Origin: an uncultured Collinsella sp.
Lineage (GTDB): Bacteria > Actinomycetota > Coriobacteriia > Coriobacteriales > Coriobacteriaceae
DNA length: 62,520 bases
Reading direction: 5' to 3'
NCBI GenBank assembly: GCA_902493835.1
Contig: CABURG010000001.1
Span: forward strand, 1 to 62,520
Position 1 is the stretch's first letter, and the number at the start of each line of letters is the position of its first letter. The notes beneath the pieces were generated by a model, which saw nothing but the letters and a program-made list of their open reading frames with translations, was not told where the DNA came from and did not search any database. A program made the translations under genes and the position numbers. Positions 49,474-58,267 of the stretch are shown here, one piece after another.

Positions 49474-51234
49474 ATGGAATCGATCGTTAAGTTCTTGGAG
49501 AAAGGTCAGCCGTACTTCGACAAGGTCTCTAAGAACATCTACCTTCAGGCCATTAAAGACGGCTTTTTGGCAGCAATGCCCATCATCCTGTCTTCTTCTG
49601 TCTTCCTGCTTATTTCAACCCTGCCGGGCGTTGTCGCCACGGTCGGCGGCTTTACGCTGCCCGACTGGTGGAACGTCGACGTCGTGAACTTCTGCAACAA
49701 GGTTTACAACTTCACGATGGGCGTCGTGGGCATCATGGTCGCCGGCACCACCGCAAGCGCGCTGACCGGCTCCAAGAACCGCCGCATGCCTGCCGGCAAG
49801 GCCATCAACGCCACGAGCACCATGGTCGCCGCCATGTGCGCTATGCTCATCTTGGCCGTTACCCAGACGAGTGCCAAGATCGACGGCGCCGATGTCTCGG
49901 TGTTCTTTACCGACAACATGGGCACCAAGGGCCTGCTGAGCTCCTTTGTCGCCGCATTTGCCACGGTCAACATCTATGCCTTCTGCATTAAGCGAGACAT
50001 CACCATCAAGCTGCCCAAAGAAGTCCCCGGCGCCATCGCCCAGAACTTCCGCGACATCTTCGCCTTCAGCTTCTCCATCCTGTTTGTCGCCGTCATCGAC
50101 GTTATCTGCCGCACCTGCTTGGCCGTCCCGTTTGCCAACGTCATCTCCACGCTGGTGAGCCCGCTGTTCGCCGCTGCCGATTCCTACGCCGGCCTCGCCC
50201 TCATCTGGTTCATGATCCCGCTGTTCTGGTTCATGGGCATCCACGGCCCCTCGGTCGTTAAGCCTGCCCTCAACGCCGCGCTGTTTGGCAACATCACTAC
50301 CAACCTCGCCACGCTGCAGGCCGGCGGTCACCCCGCCCTCGCCCTGACCGAGAACTTCGGTAACTACATCGGCGAACTCGGCGGCACCGGCGCCACGTTC
50401 ATTGTCCCGATCATCTTCCTGCTCTTTATGCGCTCCAAGCAGCTCAAGGCCGTCGGCAAAGCCTCTGTCGTACCCGTGATGTTCGCCGTCAACGAGCCGC
50501 TGCTGTTCGCCGCGCCCATCATCCTCAACCCGTACTTCCTGATCCCGTTCCTGTTTGCCCCCGTGGCCAACGTCCTCATTGGTAAGTTCTTCATCGACTT
50601 TTTGGGCATGAACGGCTTTATCTATGCCATGCCGTGGGCACTCCCCGGACCGATCGGCACCTTCATCGACACCAACTTCCAGCCGATCTCTCTGGTCCTG
50701 GTTGTCGTCCTGCTGGTCGTTGACTTCTTGATCTACTACCCGTTCTGCAAGGCCTACGACAACGTCCTGTGCAAGCAGGAGGCCGAAACCCTGGCCGAAG
50801 AAGAGGCCGAGGAGACCAAGGCCGTCAAGACCGCTGCCGCCCCCGCCGTTGAGGCTCCCGTTGTCGAGACCGCTTCTGCCACTGAGGCCTCCGCAGCTCC
50901 GTCCGCCCTTAAGGGCAAGGACCTGAGGGTTCTGGTTCTGTGCGCTGGCGCCGGCACCTCTGCACTGCTCGCCAACGCGCTTAAGGAAGGCGCCGACGAG
51001 CTGGGCATCGACATTACCGCCAACGCCGGTGCCTACGGCAGCCACTACGCCATCATGGACCAGTACAACGTCATCGTCCTGGCTCCGCAGGTTCGCACCT
51101 ATTACAACGAGATGAAGGCCGACACCGACCGCCTGGGCATCACGCTGCTGTCGCCCAAGGGCAAACAGTACATCGACCTCACTAAGGATCCCAAGGGTGC
51201 CGTCGCCTGGATCGAGGAAAACCTCGAGGCATAA
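49474..51234 (+). CDS. lacE: PTS lactose-family EIICB, copy 2
   Basis: GIHGPSVV, VNEP, EIIB VLCAGAGTS. Confidence 0.9.
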   Translation: MESIVKFLEKGQPYFDKVSKNIYLQAIKDGFLAAMPIILSSSVFLLISTLPGVVATVGGFTLPDWWNVDVVNFCNKVYNFTMGVVGIMVAGTTASALTGSKNRRMPAGKAINATSTMVAAMCAMLILAVTQTSAKIDGADVSVFFTDNMGTKGLLSSFVAAFATVNIYAFCIKRDITIKLPKEVPGAIAQNFRDIFAFSFSILFVAVIDVICRTCLAVPFANVISTLVSPLFAAADSYAGLALIWFMIPLFWFMGIHGPSVVKPALNAALFGNITTNLATLQAGGHPALALTENFGNYIGELGGTGATFIVPIIFLLFMRSKQLKAVGKASVVPVMFAVNEPLLFAAPIILNPYFLIPFLFAPVANVLIGKFFIDFLGMNGFIYAMPWALPGPIGTFIDTNFQPISLVLVVVLLVVDFLIYYPFCKAYDNVLCKQEAETLAEEEAEETKAVKTAAAPAVEAPVVETASATEASAAPSALKGKDLRVLVLCAGAGTSALLANALKEGADELGIDITANAGAYGSHYAIMDQYNVIVLAPQVRTYYNEMKADTDRLGITLLSPKGKQYIDLTKDPKGAVAWIEENLEA

Positions 51235-51326
51235 GACGCTGACACCACCTGCCGCTCGCAGACAATAAATGGCCCGTGCATCGATGTGTGATGCGCGGGC
51301 CATTTTGTTTAGACCGCACCCGTCCT

Positions 51327-51557
51327 CCTGTTCACCTCGATCCGTAACATCTAGCCGAGTTTTTTGGTCCTAGCTGTTACAGATCGAGGTGAACGCACAG
51401 GCCAAGCCGAAAATCTCAATCTGTAACATGTAGACCGCTTTTGACCGCTTAGATGTTACAGATCGAGACAAACGGAATAAGCCGAGCCGAAAGATCTCAA
51501 TCTGTAACATCTAGCAGGGATTTTCGGTCCTAACTGTTACAGATTGAGATGAACAGG
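51327..51557. repeat. REPIN-like cluster 2 (3 units)
   Basis: Three tandem palindromic units following the terminator hairpin at about 51267-51310. Confidence 0.88.
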
Positions 51558-51567
51558 CCGAGCACGT

Positions 51568-52569
51568 CTACGCCCGCAGGTCCTTCACGCTGGAACGCTC
51601 GACCAGCACGCCCGAGACGAGCGTACGGCTTCTGGAGCTCGGGGCTTCCAGACCGGCGACGACCTCGTTAAGCGCACGAACGCCCAGCTCGCGGTGGCGA
51701 AACTTCACCGACGTCAAAATCGAGTTGGGAATCGTCTTGTAGAGCTCATCGTCGAAGCCGATCACGGACACGTCGTCGGGCACACTGAGCCCCTTGTCAC
51801 GTAGAGCCATCATCACGCCGTTTGCCATGCAGTCGTTAGCAGCGAGGACCGCCGTGCAATCGGGCTTATCGGCAAGCACAAGGCCCGCGGCATAGCCACT
51901 ATCCGCATTCCAATCGCCTTGCAGAGGCTCGGGCGGCTCAATGCCACGCGTCTCGAGTGCCGCACGCCAACCTTTCATACGGCACTGGCTCGACAGCGAC
52001 TCTTTCTTACCAGAGACGAAGTACACGTTCTTGTGTCCGCGATTCAAGAAGTACTCGCATGCCATGCGCGCGCCGCCCTCTTGGTCGTCACTGACGGTAG
52101 AGCAGGTAGGATGTTCCATCGAGGTAATAATCACCGTCTTGAGGTCCTTCGGCGCCTCAAAGCTATCAAAGTCATCGACCATCTGACGCAGGTTGAAGAT
52201 CATGCCATCAACAGGCAGCTGCGACATCCTACGCGCCGCATCGGCAAGAGTCATCTTCTCACCTCCGCACTTCTTAATCATCGTGAGCGCAAAGCCGCGT
52301 TCTTCGGCGGCATCGGCGATACCGTCAATCATGTCCACGGCACCGCCCGACAAGTGGAACAGCGCCACGCCGATGCACCCGTAACGGCCCAACTTGAGCG
52401 AACGCGCGGCAAAGTTGGTTCGAAACCCGAGCGCCTCCATTGCGGAATGAACCTTATCGCGTGTCGACTCTCGCACGCTATCGGGCTCGTTGATCACACG
52501 CGAAACCGTCTTGAGAGAAACACCCGCGGCAATCGCCACATCGTTCATTGAGATATTTTTCTTGCCCAT
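51568..52569 (-). CDS. LacI family regulator 4
   Basis: SMNDVAIAAGVSLKTVSRV HTH. Confidence 0.93.
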   Translation of the reverse strand: MGKKNISMNDVAIAAGVSLKTVSRVINEPDSVRESTRDKVHSAMEALGFRTNFAARSLKLGRYGCIGVALFHLSGGAVDMIDGIADAAEERGFALTMIKKCGGEKMTLADAARRMSQLPVDGMIFNLRQMVDDFDSFEAPKDLKTVIITSMEHPTCSTVSDDQEGGARMACEYFLNRGHKNVYFVSGKKESLSSQCRMKGWRAALETRGIEPPEPLQGDWNADSGYAAGLVLADKPDCTAVLAANDCMANGVMMALRDKGLSVPDDVSVIGFDDELYKTIPNSILTSVKFRHRELGVRALNEVVAGLEAPSSRSRTLVSGVLVERSSVKDLRA

Positions 52570-52709
52570 CGTTGCCACTACTTCTCCAGTCGGTTTTGCA
52601 TCGCTTGTTTTTTGCGTTCTAGCATACACTACCTGCCCGACTGACAAATCAGCCGTTTATCGGACGATATCGACCGTTCACCTGTAAATCCTTGTTGCTC
52701 TTCCAAAAA

Positions 52710-52748
52710 TGTCTTACGTTGTCATTAGCGAAATGACAACGTTGTCAT
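52710..52748. promoter_or_regulatory. Two LacI-type operators including the perfect palindrome ATGACAACGTTGTCAT
   Basis: 52710-52725 (imperfect) and 52733-52748. Confidence 0.8.
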
Positions 52749-52853
52749 TTCGCAATGCCTTCCTTAAGCAGGAAGGTTTCCGGGCAGTCCTGACCATCCA
52801 TCGACGACCAGTTCCATCCACATGCATCGCGCATCAAGTAGCAAAGGAGCTCT

Positions 52854-54632
52854 ATGGACGCCATCGTAAAGATGCTCGAAAAGCATCAACCGTTCTTTGA
52901 GAAGATCTCGAGGAACGTCTACCTCCAGGCCATTAAGGACGGATTCCTTGGGTGCATGCCCATCGTCCTCACCTCTTCGATCTTTCTGTTGATCGCCACC
53001 CTTCCTGGCGTAGTTGGCATCACGCTGCCCCAGCCGCTCATCGACTGGTGCAACAAGCTGTACAACTTCACCATGGGCGTCATGGGCATCATGGTTGCCG
53101 GCACCACCGCCAAGAACTTCACGGCTTCCATGAACCGTCGCATGCCCGCCGGCAAGGTGCTCAACGACGGCTCCACCATGGTGGCCGCCCAGTGCAGCAT
53201 GCTGCTGCTCGCAGTCACGCAGTTCACCACCAAGTTCAACGGCTCCGAACTTTCGGTCTTCGATTGCACCAGCATGGGCACGCGCGGTCTGTTCTCGGCC
53301 TATATCGCCGCGTTCATTACCGTGTGGGTCTACAAATTCTGCGTCTCGCGCGATCTGACCATTAAGCTGCCCAAGGAGGTTCCGGGCGCCATCGCTCAGA
53401 ACTTCCGCGACATCATCCCCTTTGGCGGCGCTGTCATCATCTGCGGCATCATCGATGTTGTCGTGCGCAACCTCATGGGCGTTCCGTTCTCCGAGCTGCT
53501 CATCAAGCTGCTCTCCCCGCTCTTCACTGCGGCAGAAACCTATCCTGGCCTTATCCTTATCCAGGCAGCCACCGCGTTCTTCTGGTTCATCGGCGTCCAC
53601 GGCCCCTCGATCGTCCAGCCGGGCATCGACCCCATCCGTCTTGCCAACCAGGCCGAGAACCTGCAGGTTCTGCTGGCAGGTGGCCACCCCGCCCACTCCC
53701 TCACCTTTAACATGTCGCTCGTGGGTGAGTTCGGCGGCACCGGCGCCACGTTCATCGTGCCGCTTCTGCTGATTCTCTTTATGAAGTCCAAGCAGCTCAA
53801 AGCCGTCGGCAAGGCCTCGATCGTTCCTGTTGCCTTCGCCGTCAACGAACCGCTGCTCTTTGGCGCGCCGATGATCCTTAACCCCTACATGCTCATCCCC
53901 TTTGTTGCCGCCGGCTGCGTCAACGTGAGTGTTGCCAAGTTCTTTATCGATAACGTGGGCATGAACGGCTTCTCCTTCGTGGTGCCTTGGGCTACCCCTG
54001 CCCCCATCGGCATTTTCATCACCACGAACTTCCAGCTTATCGCCCTGGTGTTTGTCGCGATCATCATCTTGCTGGACGCCATCATCTACCTGCCGTTCTT
54101 GAAGGCATACGATAAGCTGCTCTGCGACCAGGAGGCCGAGCGCGCCGCCGAGCTGGGTCTTGAGTCCGATAGTGTCGCTGCCGTCGCCGCCAACGCCTCT
54201 GCGCCCGCTGTCGAGCAGGCCACCGCTTCCGTCGAGACAACCGTTGCCGCCACCGACAGCAAGCCTGTCGCCGATCAGCCCGAGCTCGCCGCCGACGCAT
54301 CCGCCAAGAAGGATGTCAACGGTCTGAAGGTCCTCGTCCTGTGCGCCGGCGCCGGCACCTCCGCCATGCTTGCCAACGCCATCAAGGAAGGTGCCGCACA
54401 GACCGGAGAGAACATCGCTTCCTCCGCAGGCGCCTATGGTCAGCACACTGCCATCATGGATCAGTACGACGTCATCGTGCTTGCCCCGCAGGTTCGTAGC
54501 TACTACAACGACATGAAGGCCGACACCGATCGTCTGGGCATTAAGCTGCTCGCTCCCCGCGGTAAGGAATATATCGACCTTACCCGCGACCCCGCTGGCG
54601 CCATCAAGTGGCTCCGCGAGAACCTCGACTAG
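52854..54632 (+). CDS. lacE: PTS lactose-family EIICB, copy 3
   Basis: GVHGPSIVQP, VNEP, EIIB VLCAGAGTS. Confidence 0.9.
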   Translation: MDAIVKMLEKHQPFFEKISRNVYLQAIKDGFLGCMPIVLTSSIFLLIATLPGVVGITLPQPLIDWCNKLYNFTMGVMGIMVAGTTAKNFTASMNRRMPAGKVLNDGSTMVAAQCSMLLLAVTQFTTKFNGSELSVFDCTSMGTRGLFSAYIAAFITVWVYKFCVSRDLTIKLPKEVPGAIAQNFRDIIPFGGAVIICGIIDVVVRNLMGVPFSELLIKLLSPLFTAAETYPGLILIQAATAFFWFIGVHGPSIVQPGIDPIRLANQAENLQVLLAGGHPAHSLTFNMSLVGEFGGTGATFIVPLLLILFMKSKQLKAVGKASIVPVAFAVNEPLLFGAPMILNPYMLIPFVAAGCVNVSVAKFFIDNVGMNGFSFVVPWATPAPIGIFITTNFQLIALVFVAIIILLDAIIYLPFLKAYDKLLCDQEAERAAELGLESDSVAAVAANASAPAVEQATASVETTVAATDSKPVADQPELAADASAKKDVNGLKVLVLCAGAGTSAMLANAIKEGAAQTGENIASSAGAYGQHTAIMDQYDVIVLAPQVRSYYNDMKADTDRLGIKLLAPRGKEYIDLTRDPAGAIKWLRENLD

Positions 54633-54707
54633 TTCCTCCCTCTGTTGGTGCCCGGACCCCCAGTTTGGGCACCTCCCCCTATTCGTATCCCACAGAAAGG
54701 ATGACTC

Positions 54708-56129
54708 ATGACCAATCCCATGAAGTTCCCCGACGGCTTTGTGTTTGGCGGCGCCACCGCCGCTTACCAGGTTGAGGGCGAGACCCGCACGCACGGCAAG
54801 GGCAAAGTGCCCTGGGACGATTTCCTGGCTGCTCAGGGTCGCTTCTCCCCCGACCCCGCAAGCGATTTCTACAACAAGTATCCGGTCGATATCGACCTGT
54901 GCCAGCGCTTCGGCATCAACGGCATCCGCGTCTCCATCGCCTGGAGCCGCATCTTCCCCAACGGCACTGGTGAGATCAACCCCGAGGGCGTTGCCTTCTA
55001 TCACGAGCTCTTTGCCACCTGCAACAAAGCCGGCGTTATCCCCTATGTCACGCTCGATCACTTTGATACGCCCGAGGCCTTCTACCAGGACGGCGGCGAG
55101 GGCTTCTTGACGCGCACGACCATCGATGCCTTTGTCGAGTACGCCAAGTTCTGCTTTGCCGAGTTCACCGAGGTCAAGCACTGGTTTACCTTTAACGAGA
55201 TTCCCGCGACCGCCGAGGGCAGCTTTATCGTCGGCAACTGGCCGCACGGCGAGAAGTATCGCCTGGACAAGGCCTTCCAGCTCATGCACAACATGATGGT
55301 GGCCCACGCCAAGGCCGTCGTCGCCTTCCACGAGGGCGGCTTTGAGGGCGAGATCGGCATTGTCCAGAACCTGGAGCCCAAGTATCCCCTCGACCCCAAC
55401 AACGCCGCCGACTGCGAGGCGGCTCGCATGGCCGACGTCATCAACAACCGCTGGGTACTCGACGCCACCTTCCGCGGCCACTATGCCGCCGACACGATGG
55501 AGGCCGCGACCAAGCTGGCCCATATCGCCGGCGGCGAGCTCGACGTCCGCGACGAGGACATCGCCGCGCTGACCGCCGCGCTCCCCTACAACGATTGCCT
55601 GGGCGTCAACACCTACAAATGCCAGTTCCTGCGTGCCGCCGAGGGCGAAAACGACATCAACCACAATGGCACCGGCGACAAGGGCTCCTCGCGCTGGTTC
55701 CTCAAGGGCGTGGGCGAGTCATGCGTGCGCGAAGGCGTACCCACCACCGATTGGGACTGGATTATCTATCCCGAGGGCCTGTACGACCTGCTACTCCGCA
55801 TTAAGAACGATTACCCCAACTACAAGAAGATCTACATCACCGAGAACGGCATGGGCTATAAGGACGACTTCGAGGACGGCTTTATCGACGACGCCCCTCG
55901 CATCGACTATATGCGTCAGCATCTCGCGTGGATCCTCAAGGCAATCGACGGCGGCGTAAACGTCGACGGCTACTTTGTGTGGTCGCTGCAGGACCAGTTC
56001 TCCTGGACCAACGGCTATAACAAACGTTACGGCCTGTTCTACATCGACTTTGAGACCCAGAAGCGCTACCCCAAGGCGAGCGCGTACTGGTACAAGAACG
56101 TCGCGGAGACCGGCCTGCTTATGGCCTAA
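54708..56129 (+). CDS. lacG: 6-phospho-beta-galactosidase (GH1), copy 3
   Basis: GGATAAYQ, TFNE, ITENG, FSWTNGYNKRYG. Confidence 0.92.
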   Translation: MTNPMKFPDGFVFGGATAAYQVEGETRTHGKGKVPWDDFLAAQGRFSPDPASDFYNKYPVDIDLCQRFGINGIRVSIAWSRIFPNGTGEINPEGVAFYHELFATCNKAGVIPYVTLDHFDTPEAFYQDGGEGFLTRTTIDAFVEYAKFCFAEFTEVKHWFTFNEIPATAEGSFIVGNWPHGEKYRLDKAFQLMHNMMVAHAKAVVAFHEGGFEGEIGIVQNLEPKYPLDPNNAADCEAARMADVINNRWVLDATFRGHYAADTMEAATKLAHIAGGELDVRDEDIAALTAALPYNDCLGVNTYKCQFLRAAEGENDINHNGTGDKGSSRWFLKGVGESCVREGVPTTDWDWIIYPEGLYDLLLRIKNDYPNYKKIYITENGMGYKDDFEDGFIDDAPRIDYMRQHLAWILKAIDGGVNVDGYFVWSLQDQFSWTNGYNKRYGLFYIDFETQKRYPKASAYWYKNVAETGLLMA

Positions 56130-56215
56130 CTTTTGCCGCATACCCCCTGTCGGCCGCATGCGAATCCCTCCACGGGTTCGCATGCGGCCGATTTTTTGGC
56201 TCGGCCCGAGCAGGC

Positions 56216-56359
56216 CGTTTGTCTCGATCTGTAACATCTAGCAGGGATTTTCAATCCTAACTGTTATAGATTTAGACGAACGGGTGACCAGGGCTGAAAG
56301 ATCTCAATCTGTAACACGTAGCCCACTTTTAACCGTCTAACTGTTACAGATCGAGACAA
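56216..56359. repeat. REPIN-like cluster 3 (2 units)
   Basis: Same unit as 46319-46466. Confidence 0.88.
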
Positions 56360-56411
56360 TAAGATAGTCAAATCCAAACTTTCCAAGCAGTTATGGAGCA
56401 TGGTTTCTAGT

Positions 56412-56486
56412 TTTCGGTATCACGAACATACTTTCGGTATCATTTAATGGTATTATGATATCGAAAGTATGTTCGTGATACCGAAA
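56412..56486. promoter_or_regulatory. 32-bp inverted repeat overlapping the fic RBS region
   Basis: Arms 56412-56443 and 56455-56486 match at 31/32; each holds two TTTCGGTATCA-like boxes 20 bp apart. Confidence 0.8.
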
Positions 56487-56494
56487 GGAGCCGC

Positions 56495-57727
56495 ATGCGC
56501 CAGTTCGATTACACCACAGTCCCAGCGGAACTCGAAGCAACTCCAATCACCAACCTCCTCCTCTCGATACGCGAGCATAAAGGCCGACAGCTTGCTCTGA
56601 GTCAAGTCAAACCCGAACTTCTATCGTCACTTATGGAGGAAGCTAAGATCCAAAGCACCCAATCCTCCAACGGACTTGAAGGAATTGTTACCACCCAAAA
56701 AAGACTCAAAGCAATCATGGCGTATTCCGCCAAGCCAAGCTCCCGCGCAGAGGAAGAAATCGCTGGATACCGAGATGCGCTGTCGCTTATTCACGAGCAG
56801 CACGATTTCATTCCCGTAACGCCATCGGTCATTTTGCAGTTGCATCGTGACCTCATGGTACACACAGCAATCTCGTATGGGGGCCATTGGAAAGATAGCG
56901 ATAACGAAATCATCTCCATCGACGATCAAGGCAATCGATTTGTGCGCTTTAGGCCGCCTTCGGCCCTAGCAACCCCCGGACTTATCGAAGAAGCCTGTCG
57001 GTCCCTCAACGACGCCTTATCTCGTCAAGTTTGCGACCCCCTCCTTATATCATTCCGCTTCATCTTCGATTTTGTCAGCATTCATCCCTTCAACGATGGC
57101 AATGGCAGGATGAGCCGGCTCCTTACAACGCTGCTACTCGAAAAGACTGGATACGACGTTGCGCGTTACATCAGCATCGAACGACTTATTGAAGACAACA
57201 AGGCGCTCTACTACAACGCCCTCGCTGCAAGCTCCATTGGATGGAATGAAAATCAAAACACCGAAGCACCCTTTATCCGTTTCATGCTCGGAACAACCCT
57301 GGCCGCCTACCGACAGCTCGAGCAGCGTACCCTAATTGAATCAAGCACTCGTCCCATGTCGAAGCAAGCGCGCATCGCCGTTCTATTTCAACAGAGACCC
57401 GGCGTCATTAAGAAATCCGACATCCGATCCAACTGCCCCGATATCAGCGAGGTTACCGTTAAACGAACCCTCGGTCAGCTTGTTAGTTGCAGCGCAATCG
57501 AAAAAACAGGAGCGGGTCGTTCGACGGGCTACATACTCAAAGACGTCCATGCTCTAGAACTATTCTTGCAATCCACAATACCCGATAGCGAGGCCGCAAT
57601 AACAAAAGAGGCTCCAAAGGATAAGCTCCTTGAACGTGTAAACCACGCCGAGGATGAAAGCAGAGAGGGGCTCTATGAAGACTACGATTCATTCTCAAGG
57701 GACATAAAGACGAAATACGGAGTCTAG
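56495..57727 (+). CDS. Fic family protein with a C-terminal winged HTH-like region
   Basis: HPFNDGNGRMSR motif; SxxxEG inhibitory motif (SNGLEG); lower GC than flanks. Confidence 0.92.
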   Translation: MRQFDYTTVPAELEATPITNLLLSIREHKGRQLALSQVKPELLSSLMEEAKIQSTQSSNGLEGIVTTQKRLKAIMAYSAKPSSRAEEEIAGYRDALSLIHEQHDFIPVTPSVILQLHRDLMVHTAISYGGHWKDSDNEIISIDDQGNRFVRFRPPSALATPGLIEEACRSLNDALSRQVCDPLLISFRFIFDFVSIHPFNDGNGRMSRLLTTLLLEKTGYDVARYISIERLIEDNKALYYNALAASSIGWNENQNTEAPFIRFMLGTTLAAYRQLEQRTLIESSTRPMSKQARIAVLFQQRPGVIKKSDIRSNCPDISEVTVKRTLGQLVSCSAIEKTGAGRSTGYILKDVHALELFLQSTIPDSEAAITKEAPKDKLLERVNHAEDESREGLYEDYDSFSRDIKTKYGV

Positions 57728-57775
57728 TCATATCCCAGAATAGCCTCATCCTTGTTGCCCAAAAATATTTGCGCG

Positions 57776-58132
57776 TCATTTTAAAGCGGTACCCCTGCGC
57801 CGGCTGGGGGGGCAGAAGTATCGTCTGCCGATCCTGCTGGAGTCGGCAATCAGATAGCGCGCATCGGCCTTGCTAAAGGCGAGCTGCTGGATGCGGCCCT
57901 CGTCCATGTTGGACGTGGACACGTCGCCGTCCAGAATGCCGTTGGCACCGATAAACGCCGTGTCAATCCCTAGTGCGCGCAGGGCATCCTCGGCCATGGG
58001 GCCCACAAAGGCGACGGTGCGGCGACGGTACATGCCGCCCACCAGGCACAGGTCGCAGCCCTCGCGCGCCTCGAGCAGGTTAAAGACCGAAAGCGAATTG
58101 GTCACATAGATGGAAGGCAGTTTGTCGGTGAC
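57776..58132 (-). pseudogene. DeoR-family sensor-domain remnant lacking the HTH
   Basis: VTNSL...LVGG.YR..T.AFVG...DTAFIGANG...IADSSRIG; decays at both ends. Confidence 0.8.
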
Positions 58133-58196
58133 TCGGAGAGCGCCAATGCGATCTCACGACGGTTGCGCTCATTGTCTCAATTAGATACTCAACGAA

Positions 58197-58232
58197 ATAC
58201 GGCCCCGCAGCTCAATAAGCTGCGGGGCCGTA
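58197..58232 (-). terminator. Terminator after EIICB copy 4
   Basis: TACGGCCCCGCAGCT/AGCTGCGGGGCCGTA stem. Confidence 0.7.
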
Positions 58233-58267
58233 CCATACACCGACGAATCAACGACGAAGTGCATCCA

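Noticed and set aside
52764..55664. 966-aa minus-strand ORF and similar long antisense ORFs (525-1967, 7198-8730, 18094-19575, 49615-51303)
   Set aside because: Shadow frames of high-GC3 genes with no recognisable motifs.
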